Positions 1 to 7,704 of a stretch of 24,051 nucleotides of DNA are shown piece after piece. Under the pieces are notes generated by a model. That model saw only the letters and a list, made by a program, of their open reading frames with translations. It ran no database searches and was not told where the DNA came from. Each line of letters opens with the position of its first letter. The first letter of the stretch is position 1. This DNA is from a virus (taxonomy: Duplodnaviria; Caudoviricetes): the IMG/VR virus record IMGVR_UViG_3300032234_000291, positions 1 to 24,051 of that record, one strand, 5' to 3'. The translations under genes and the position numbers were made by a program.

Positions 1-924
1 AACAGGACTATCAATCAATGACAATAAATTAAAATAATCAATTGGTCTTGATGTTAATGGAGTTCCAGTTAATAACCAAATTTTATTTATATCTTTACAA
101 ACATCATTTATTAATTTGGTTCTTAAACTTTGCGGATTTTTGATCATGTGACTTTCATCGATGATAACCAAATCAAATTTGGATTTTTGAATTATTGTTT
201 TTTCTTTTGTTTTTAACGAATGGAAGTTCTTTATAATGTCATAATTTATAATAACATAATCAACAGAATCATCATATTTTTTACCTTCACAAATATAAAT
301 GGATTTATCTGTATAATTCCTAATTTCTCTTTCCCAATTTTGCTTCAAACTTGCTGGGCATATTATTAATATTTTGCTTGGTTTTGCCTCAATTGAAGCA
401 ATAATTGCAGCGGAGGTTTTTCCGAGGCCCATATCTAACGCCAATATGAACTTATTATTCTCAAGCAACTTTATAATCGCCTCCTTCTGATGTTCAAATG
501 GCATCCTATGAGAATACTTTTCAAAATCAACAACAACATTTTTATTTGTTTTATCCACAACAATTGCATCTTTTGGAAGCCAATAAAGATTTAATTTATC
601 ATTTTCAAAAAATCTACCAAAGACATGATAAGATTTTTCCTTCTCAACCAATAATTTCTCAATCCACATTTTCTCCGGGATTTTAACCAATAACTTATCG
701 TCAGCAATCATCTTCGCATAATAAGGATCCAATTCAACCCATTTTCTTGCAACCTTTGGTTTTGTTTCATTAAATAATGATATATATTCAATCTGACTAT
801 CAGTCAATGAAAAATTTGGATTGTTTAAATATAAATAACGAATATTAATCAAATAATTATTATCACCATTATAATTTTTCAATATTTCTAAAACCTCATC
901 TTTTGTTATTTTTTTCTTTGCCAT
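1..924 (-). CDS. SNF2-family (SF2) helicase/ATPase, N-terminal part; runs off the left edge
   Basis: Not in the ORF track. ATG at 924 (MAKKKITKDEVLEILKNY...). Manual translation gives Q-motif PFEHQKEAI, Walker A ILALDMGLGKT, motif Ia IICPASLKQNWEREI, motif II VIIDESH and motif III WLLTGTP. Confidence 0.9.
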   Translation of the reverse strand, partial: MAKKKITKDEVLEILKNYNGDNNYLINIRYLYLNNPNFSLTDSQIEYISLFNETKPKVARKWVELDPYYAKMIADDKLLVKIPEKMWIEKLLVEKEKSYHVFGRFFENDKLNLYWLPKDAIVVDKTNKNVVVDFEKYSHRMPFEHQKEAIIKLLENNKFILALDMGLGKTSAAIIASIEAKPSKILIICPASLKQNWEREIRNYTDKSIYICEGKKYDDSVDYVIINYDIIKNFHSLKTKEKTIIQKSKFDLVIIDESHMIKNPQSLRTKLINDVCKDINKIWLLTGTPLTSRPIDYFNLLSLIDSPV

Positions 925-989
925 AATATATTTTACATATTTTAAATATAATAAAAATCAAACAAATTATCAATTTATAAAGTCCCATA

Positions 990-997
990 TATTTATA
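990..997 (+). promoter_or_regulatory. TATTTATA candidate phage (late) promoter motif
   Basis: 18 nt before ATG 1016; the same octamer lies just upstream of several structural genes. Confidence 0.5.
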
Positions 998-1015
998 TTA
1001 ATATAAGTTAAAAAC

Positions 1016-1528
1016 ATGGCAAAATTAGTTCCAATATCAAGGATTGGTAAGTTTTTTGGGGAAGAAGATTTTAATCTGGATATTGAGATGGGAATGGAAT
1101 ATTTGGGCGGTGACTTGAACATGAGTGTCGTATTATATAGAATAGACCGAAAGAAGACAAAGAAAGATGATATATATGGCGAAGCACCAAAAGATGGAAT
1201 TGTCTTTATGCCACCAGTTGAACTAAAAGGTGTTGTTCAAATTACCGAATCAACGCTAAAACAACTTGGAAATTCCAAAGTTGAACAGAAAGAACCTGGG
1301 AATATGAAATTCTCATTTTACCAAAAGCAAATTGATGATCTTAATGTTGAACTATTAAAGGGCGATTATTTGGGTTATTATGTCACAGAAGATAAAGTTA
1401 GATATTATTCTGTAATTGATGATGGAATTGTAAATATGGATAATAAACATACCTATGGCGGTTATAAACCATTCTACCGGACAGTTGTCGCAACATTTGT
1501 GAATAAAGACGAATTTAGAGGATTATGA
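1016..1528 (+). CDS. putative neck/head-closure protein (T4 gp14-like)
   Basis: 170 aa; VVLYRID...DDIYGE motif resembles head-closure proteins; lies upstream of the tail completion and sheath genes. Confidence 0.55.
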   Translation: MAKLVPISRIGKFFGEEDFNLDIEMGMEYLGGDLNMSVVLYRIDRKKTKKDDIYGEAPKDGIVFMPPVELKGVVQITESTLKQLGNSKVEQKEPGNMKFSFYQKQIDDLNVELLKGDYLGYYVTEDKVRYYSVIDDGIVNMDNKHTYGGYKPFYRTVVATFVNKDEFRGL

Positions 1529-1698
1529 GAAAATTACATATAACAGAATCACAATTAAAAAAAATCATTGAAGTTGTAACAAAAAATAAAGTTATTTGTG
1601 ACAATTGTGGCTGGTCTTGGAAACTATCAGAAGGTGGTGATGATCCTTATATATGCCACAAATGTTGGCATAATAATGAAACTAATTTAAAGAAATAA
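1525..1698 (+). CDS. 57-aa zinc-ribbon protein with N-terminal ITESQL leader
   Basis: Not in the ORF track. MRKLHITESQLKKIIEVVTKNKVICDNCGWSWKLSEGGDDPYICHKCWHNNETNLKK; two CxxC pairs; ATGA overlap with the upstream stop, and its stop lies 1 nt before the next ATG. Confidence 0.8.
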   Translation: MRKLHITESQLKKIIEVVTKNKVICDNCGWSWKLSEGGDDPYICHKCWHNNETNLKK

Positions 1699-1699
1699 T

Positions 1700-2473
1700 A
1701 TGCCATTACCCAAAAAAATAAAAACAGATTTAGATATCACATATGATAAAACCCTCCTTGAAAGAAGAGAGGAGTTATTGGATAATATAACCAAAAATGG
1801 AACTTATTTACCCAAATCATTATTACATAATGACTTGGATAGGGGAATGCTTGATTTTGTTAAAAATGATTTACAGATAACATCACAAGGAAAAGTAATA
1901 CAAACATTAGATAGAATAGTTAGCACCCAAAACTGGTCGCAATATACAGAAACATGGACATTTATTGATGAGGATAATAATCCGCTTCCACCATTTATAA
2001 CATTGGTGCGAATGAATGATACAAAATACGGATCAAACCCAGCAACACTTTATAACATACCAAATAGAAAACCATTTTATTTTGCAAGCGTTCCAACATG
2101 GGATGGACAAAGAAATGGTATGGATATTTATTCAATTCCACAGCCAGTTCCAATTGACATAAATTTTAGCGTTAAGATAATTACAAATAGGATTAGAGAT
2201 TTGAATAAGTTCAATACAAAAGTATTGCAAAAGTTCTCATCCAGACAATCATATGCGGCCATAAATGGACACTATATACCAATAATATCAACCAATATTC
2301 AAGATGAATCTCAAATTAATACAGATAGTAGAAAATTTTATATTCAATCTTATGATTTTACAATGTTGGGGTTTTTGATTGATGAAGAAGAATTTGAGGT
2401 TAAACCAGCAATAAATAGAATTAGTCAAGTTTTTGAAACAGATAATAAAAATTTTATAAATAGAAAAATTTAA
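1700..2473 (+). CDS. putative tail completion/sheath terminator protein (T4 gp15-like)
   Basis: 257 aa immediately upstream of the sheath; PLPPFITLVR and PQPVPIDINFSVKI segments resemble tail terminator proteins. Confidence 0.55.
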   Translation: MPLPKKIKTDLDITYDKTLLERREELLDNITKNGTYLPKSLLHNDLDRGMLDFVKNDLQITSQGKVIQTLDRIVSTQNWSQYTETWTFIDEDNNPLPPFITLVRMNDTKYGSNPATLYNIPNRKPFYFASVPTWDGQRNGMDIYSIPQPVPIDINFSVKIITNRIRDLNKFNTKVLQKFSSRQSYAAINGHYIPIISTNIQDESQINTDSRKFYIQSYDFTMLGFLIDEEEFEVKPAINRISQVFETDNKNFINRKI

Positions 2474-2511
2474 AATATATTATATATAATAATTTTTGAT
2501 TATTTTTTAGA

Positions 2512-2519
2512 TATTTATA
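2512..2519 (+). promoter_or_regulatory. TATTTATA candidate phage (late) promoter motif
   Basis: 20 nt before the sheath ATG at 2540. Confidence 0.5.
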
Positions 2520-2539
2520 TGAATAAATAAAAAATAATA

Positions 2540-5500
2540 ATGGCAAATCAAAAAGTATTCGTATCTCCTGGTGTATATACCTCTGAAACAGATTTAAGTT
2601 TTGTTTCACAGAGTATTGGTGTAACCACATTAGGAATGGTCGGTGAGACGATCAAAGGCCCAGCATTTGAGCCTATCTTTATCACAAGTTATGATGAGTT
2701 TCAAACTTTTTTTGGTGGAACATCACCTGAAAAGTATATTAACACACAAATACCAAAATATGAATCTGCATATATTGCAAAATCATATTTGCAACAATCA
2801 AATCAAATGTATGTTACAAGAGTATTGGGATTATCTGGTTATGATGCTGGTCCATCATGGTCAATAAAAACCATTGCAAATGTCAATCATTCAACAGTTG
2901 GTTTGACATCAACACCAAGCGTAATTGGATTTAGTTTTACGGGTTCAAGTTCAACATTTGGATTAACAAGTAGCACATATGGTTTAATCCCAGTAGCAGA
3001 TTTTTCTGGCAACACTTATACTGCAAGTGATGGTTCTACTTCAACTTTTTATAATGATTTAATTTCATTTGCAAGAAATGTTTCATCTGATTTATCATTG
3101 TCAGCAACAACAAATTACTATGGTTCAATACCATCAGCAACTTTTGCTTCATTAAGTGCAGCTACAACAACATCTGGTATAACAAATCCATTTGGTGTTA
3201 CCATACCATTAACAGCAAATAACAAACCATCGAATGAAAATGATTCTTGGTATTATGCAAATTTCACAAATACAAATGGTGTTTATTCTGGATATTCATT
3301 CCATTATAGCTTAACATCATTTACAAAGGTTGGTGAATCATTTACCGGAGTAACAACAGGAACATCTTATAGTTTTAGTGGTATATCATATACAGAGTTT
3401 GATAACATGGTTATTGCTACCATTAGGTCAAGAGGTATCACGTCATACACATCTACTGACCACGGTCAAATTTATTCTTTAACTGGAAACACATTAGGTG
3501 TTGATGCTGCAAATAGCACAGGGTTAAAAATAAGTCCCTTCTCAACAATTAAATTAACTGGTTCAACAACATCTAGCACAAACTTCTCATTTGATGTTTC
3601 AATGAATGATACTAATTCAAATTACATTACAAATGTATTGGGTGTTGATAATTTTGCAAATGACAGAACTGAAGTTCCAGTTTTTGTTGAAGAACATTAT
3701 CCGACATTATTGAATCAATCATATAGATTAGGATATATCCGTGGATTGAAAACAGATTTGACTTATTTGCCTAGCGCAAGATCAACTTCAAATGATAAAA
3801 CTGATTCAATTGGTTGGTATCTTGAAAAATATCAATCACCAAAAACCCCTTATGTTGTTTCTGAATTAAGAGGAAATAAAGTTTATAATTTATTTAAATT
3901 TATTTCAATATCTGATGGTAATAATGCCAATACTGAAATTAAGCTTTCAATAATCAATATGTCATTTAAGAATAGGACTTTTGATGTATTGGTTAGAAGT
4001 TTCTTTGATTCAGATACATCCCCAGTTGTGTTTGAAAAATATACAAATTGTACATTAGATGAAAATCAAAATAACTTTATTGGTAAAAAGATTGGAACAA
4101 GTGATGGTAAGTATAATTTAGTATCAAAATTCGTTATGATTGAAATGGCTGATGAGTTTCCATCTGACGCTTTGCCTTGTGGATTCATGGGTTACAATCA
4201 AAGAAAATATGGTTCGTCTGGAACATCCGGATTAACCCCAAACTTGCTATATAAGACACAATATTATTTTAACAATGAAGTTGTTAACAACGAACCGTTC
4301 GCATCGTCAAACACGGTTTCTGGCGATAATATCAAAAGAACTTATCTAGGGTTCTCAACCAATTATGGTTATGATACATCATTATTAACATACAAAGGAA
4401 AAGTTAACCCAACAAACATTATAAATGATTCCGTTGATTGGGGTTATATTACAAAAGGTTTCCACATGGATTCAGGTGCAACCATTGTTAATATTGCAAC
4501 AAGTTATTCAAATAGTGGAACAACAGCATTTGAAGTTGGAAATGGTAGCTTTATAGCAGAACCAACAACAAAAGATAATCCTTATTATTTCTTATATTCA
4601 AGAAAATTCACCTTATTATTCCAAGGTGGTTTTGATGGTTGGGATGTTTATTCTGAACGTAGAACAAATGGTGATGGTTATCAAATTGGTGGTGTTGATT
4701 ATATGCGTGGAGCAAAATCAGTTGCAGGTTCAAAATATGCTGCTGCAACAGGACAAGGAACATTTAAAGAAATTGTAGAAGGTGATGGTAGCGTTGAATT
4801 CGCAACAACAGATTATTATGCATATCTTAAAGCGGTATTAACTTATCAAAATCCAGAATCAACAAATATCAATATATTTGTAACCCCTGGCATTGATTAT
4901 ATTAATAATAGCAATTTGGTTGAAAATACCATTGATATGATTGAATCAGATAGAGCAGATTCCATTTATATTGTTACAACACCTGATGCCAATTTATTAA
5001 CAACAGATGTGAGCAATGTAATTTACCCACAAGAATCCATTGATTCATTGGAGGAAACCAATATTGATTCAAATTATACCGCAACATATTACCCTTGGAT
5101 ATTAGTTAGAGACCAAGTTAATAATACACAAATATATTTACCGCCAACTGGTGAAGTGTGCAGGAATTTTGCATTAACAGATAACGTAGCTTTCCCTTGG
5201 TTTGCATCAGCAGGTTATACGAGGGGTTTAGTTAATTCAGTTAAGGCAAGATTAAAATTAACCCAAGATGATAGGGATACATTGTATCAAGGAAGAATTA
5301 ATCCGATTGCAACATTCTCTGATGTGAATACCGTAATTTGGGGAAATAAAACTTTGCAAGTTAGAGAATCAGCTTTAAATAGAATTAATGTTCGTAGGTT
5401 GTTATTGCAAGCACGTAAATTAATCTCTGCCGTTGCTGTGAGGTTACTTTTCGAACAAAATGACCAGATAGTTCGCCAACAGTTTTTGGATACAGTAAAT

Positions 5501-5689
5501 CCAATCCTAGATGGTATTAGAAGGGATCGTGGTCTTACAGATTTCCGTGTTACAGTTTCTAACGACCCAGAAGATATTGATAGGAATACAATGAGTGGTA
5601 AAATCTACATCAAGCCGAGTTCCTCACTTGAGTTCATCTCACTCGAATTTATAATCACACCTACTGGTGCTTCGTTTGAAGATATATAA
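2540..5689 (+). CDS. contractile tail sheath protein
   Basis: 1049 aa; N-terminal VSPGVYTSETDLS; C-terminal YTATYYPW, PWFASAGYTRG, LYQGRINPI, IWGNKTL, LNRINVRRLL, LFEQND and IYIKP..SLEFI motifs typical of sheath proteins. Confidence 0.96.
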   Translation: MANQKVFVSPGVYTSETDLSFVSQSIGVTTLGMVGETIKGPAFEPIFITSYDEFQTFFGGTSPEKYINTQIPKYESAYIAKSYLQQSNQMYVTRVLGLSGYDAGPSWSIKTIANVNHSTVGLTSTPSVIGFSFTGSSSTFGLTSSTYGLIPVADFSGNTYTASDGSTSTFYNDLISFARNVSSDLSLSATTNYYGSIPSATFASLSAATTTSGITNPFGVTIPLTANNKPSNENDSWYYANFTNTNGVYSGYSFHYSLTSFTKVGESFTGVTTGTSYSFSGISYTEFDNMVIATIRSRGITSYTSTDHGQIYSLTGNTLGVDAANSTGLKISPFSTIKLTGSTTSSTNFSFDVSMNDTNSNYITNVLGVDNFANDRTEVPVFVEEHYPTLLNQSYRLGYIRGLKTDLTYLPSARSTSNDKTDSIGWYLEKYQSPKTPYVVSELRGNKVYNLFKFISISDGNNANTEIKLSIINMSFKNRTFDVLVRSFFDSDTSPVVFEKYTNCTLDENQNNFIGKKIGTSDGKYNLVSKFVMIEMADEFPSDALPCGFMGYNQRKYGSSGTSGLTPNLLYKTQYYFNNEVVNNEPFASSNTVSGDNIKRTYLGFSTNYGYDTSLLTYKGKVNPTNIINDSVDWGYITKGFHMDSGATIVNIATSYSNSGTTAFEVGNGSFIAEPTTKDNPYYFLYSRKFTLLFQGGFDGWDVYSERRTNGDGYQIGGVDYMRGAKSVAGSKYAAATGQGTFKEIVEGDGSVEFATTDYYAYLKAVLTYQNPESTNINIFVTPGIDYINNSNLVENTIDMIESDRADSIYIVTTPDANLLTTDVSNVIYPQESIDSLEETNIDSNYTATYYPWILVRDQVNNTQIYLPPTGEVCRNFALTDNVAFPWFASAGYTRGLVNSVKARLKLTQDDRDTLYQGRINPIATFSDVNTVIWGNKTLQVRESALNRINVRRLLLQARKLISAVAVRLLFEQNDQIVRQQFLDTVNPILDGIRRDRGLTDFRVTVSNDPEDIDRNTMSGKIYIKPSSSLEFISLEFIITPTGASFEDI

Positions 5690-5699
5690 TGTTAGATAT

Positions 5700-5738
5700 T
5701 TCCATCATTAAATACCATAATTGGTGATAATGATGGAA
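5700..5738. other. stem-loop just after the sheath stop codon
   Basis: TTCCATCATTA (5700-5710) pairs perfectly with TAATGATGGAA (5728-5738); inner TACCA/TGGTG pairing. Confidence 0.6.
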
Positions 5739-5749
5739 TTTTACAACAA

Positions 5750-5788
5750 AAAACCCCCACTTCTACATTGAGGTGGGGGTTTTCTTTT
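5750..5788. terminator. bidirectional Rho-independent terminator between convergent genes
   Basis: AAAACCCCCACTTC-tacatt-GAGGTGGGGGTTTT stem with an A-run before and a T-rich tail after; sits between the sheath (+) and hydrolase (-) stop codons. Confidence 0.85.
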
Positions 5789-6653
5789 AGAACTCTTCTA
5801 TTGGAAAGTTTTTTGTTTTTATTTCCCAATACTCTGTCATAAATTCAGCTCTAAACTTATACTTGGGGTCAGTATGATAACCGGATTCATATACGCATTT
5901 GCATATACTCTCATACAATGCTTTCTTTGGTAGCTTATAGTTTGCTTTTTTACATTCATAATATCTTCCAGAGTTTAATATTCTTGCCCAGGCAGTGATA
6001 CCAAGTTCAGTTGTTTTAGCACTATAAAATTTATCATTAATCATTTTACTTTTACCTTTGATAACTTCTCTGGTTTTATAAGTTACCGTTCCAAATCCTT
6101 TGATTGCTTTTCCCCCACCAGCATTTGCATGTAATCTCCAAAGATTAGTTTCAACACCTTTATTTGTTGCTTCAATAATGAAAAATGAATAAATCATTGA
6201 AATTGGAAAGTCTGTTAAAATATGAACGTTCATAAGCATTTCATCATAATGATAAGCCATCCATATTCTTCTCATTTTAAAAAGATTTGCTTTACTTAAA
6301 TTCCTAAATCCATTTTTTTCAAGGTATTTTTTTAATTCTTCTCTTGTGTAATGCCTAATATCATAACCATATGATCTTCCTCTATAACCTTCTTTATTAA
6401 TTTCAGTTGGTTCAACTTCTTTTGATTTATTAGTATTGGATTCAACAACCGGCTTAGTTTCAACAATTGGGTCAGCTTTAACTACGGTTGGGATAGTTTC
6501 ATTTTTAACATATAATGTTTCAATTTTAATACTTGAACTCATTTCTTTTGGAACAGTACCTTTTCCTTTTGGGGAATAAATAACACCCAGGAAAAAGAGA
6601 CCCCAAACACCGAAAGCGATATAAATTCCAAATCCTTTATTTTTTTTTACCAT
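5787..6653 (-). CDS. GH73/FlgJ-like peptidoglycan hydrolase (glucosaminidase) with N-terminal membrane anchor
   Basis: KKNK followed by hydrophobic FGIYIAFGVWGLFFLGVIY; PISMIYSFFIIEAT (cf. AQAxLES, catalytic Glu), NAGGGK (cf. NxFGIK), YKTREV, and SGYHTDPKY (cf. GYATDPxY). Confidence 0.7.
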   Translation of the reverse strand: MVKKNKGFGIYIAFGVWGLFFLGVIYSPKGKGTVPKEMSSSIKIETLYVKNETIPTVVKADPIVETKPVVESNTNKSKEVEPTEINKEGYRGRSYGYDIRHYTREELKKYLEKNGFRNLSKANLFKMRRIWMAYHYDEMLMNVHILTDFPISMIYSFFIIEATNKGVETNLWRLHANAGGGKAIKGFGTVTYKTREVIKGKSKMINDKFYSAKTTELGITAWARILNSGRYYECKKANYKLPKKALYESICKCVYESGYHTDPKYKFRAEFMTEYWEIKTKNFPIEEF

Positions 6654-6719
6654 ATAATTATTTTTTATAAAAATAAAAATTATAACTATTAAAGTAAATA
6701 CCCAACAAAAAATAGAAAT

Positions 6720-6733
6720 TATTTATATCTTTG
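6720..6733 (+). promoter_or_regulatory. overlapping TATTTATA motif and Bacteroidota-type -7 element TATCTTTG
   Basis: TATTTATA at 6720-6727; TAnnTTTG at 6726-6733; no clear -33 TTTG element seen. Confidence 0.4.
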
Positions 6734-6758
6734 CTGAAAATTTTTAAAAAAAAAACAA

Positions 6759-7559
6759 ATGATACTTAACAAGACAAATTTTGTAATGAAATATTATTCA
6801 TTTGACTGGGATGATAATATTGTTCACATGCCAACAAAAATCATATTGTTGGATGATGAAGGGAATGAAGTTGGTATGTCAACTTATGATTTTGGTAAAT
6901 ATAGAGAAATGATTGGTAAAGTCAATTTTGAATATCAGAATAGAACAATCGTTGGATTTGCTAAAGATTCTTTCAGATTTTTCAGAAAAGAGAATGACAA
7001 TTTATTCTTGGAGAATATTCTATCAGCTACTCCTGCGCCAGCATTTGAAGATTTCAAAGAAGCCATTAACAATGGTTCAGTTTTTTCAATCATTACTGCT
7101 AGGGCACATACACCAAGTACAATCAGAGAAGGTGTTAAAATTTATATTTATTCAAATTTTAATGGTATATCAAAAGATAAATTAATTGAAAGCTTAAAAC
7201 AATATAGAAATATTGTTAATAGTAATAATTTAACTGATGATGAGTTGATTGACTATTATTTGGATTTATGTAAATATTATCCAGTTAATTATTTTACAGA
7301 AGATAAAATAAATACTGAAGATGCTAAGGTTATATTTTTCAATGAATTTTATGATTTCTGTAAAAAGATATTTAAATATTTTAGAAAAAATATAAATATA
7401 AAAAGAAAATTATTAGGGAAAGATAAAATCTCAAATCATTTCATGATAGGTATTTCTGATGATGATTTAAAGAATAATGAAACTTATAAAGAAAAGTTAA
7501 ATAAAAGTAATATTACTATATATAATACTAATAGTGGTATTAAAGAATTATATAATTAA
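6759..7559 (+). CDS. HAD-superfamily phosphatase-like protein (start may be ATG 6786)
   Basis: Motif I YSFDWDDNI (DxD), motif II SIITAR, candidate motif III Lys (EDAK) and motif IV IGISDDD. Substrate unknown. Confidence 0.6.
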   Translation: MILNKTNFVMKYYSFDWDDNIVHMPTKIILLDDEGNEVGMSTYDFGKYREMIGKVNFEYQNRTIVGFAKDSFRFFRKENDNLFLENILSATPAPAFEDFKEAINNGSVFSIITARAHTPSTIREGVKIYIYSNFNGISKDKLIESLKQYRNIVNSNNLTDDELIDYYLDLCKYYPVNYFTEDKINTEDAKVIFFNEFYDFCKKIFKYFRKNINIKRKLLGKDKISNHFMIGISDDDLKNNETYKEKLNKSNITIYNTNSGIKELYN

Positions 7560-7664
7560 TATTACTATAGTAATATATAATATATATTATTTATTATATA
7601 AAAGTAAATAGAAAATATATTATATTTAATAATTAATATTACTATAGTAATATATAATATATAT
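7552..7664. repeat. two identical 36-bp direct repeats with an 18-bp palindromic core
   Basis: ATAATTAATATTACTATAGTAATATATAATATATAT at 7552-7587 and 7629-7664 (41-nt gap); core ATATTACTATAGTAATAT is a perfect palindrome. Confidence 0.9.
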
Positions 7665-7704
7665 ACAAAAATATGAACTGCTTGAAAAAAGTAAATAGTT
7701 TTTT

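Noticed and set aside
7552-7664. CRISPR mini-array reading of the 36-bp repeat / 41-nt spacer / 36-bp repeat
   Set aside because: The lengths fit, but there are only two units, the repeat and spacer are almost pure A/T, the spacer shares a word with the downstream flank, and no cas gene is in the window. Kept as a repeat.
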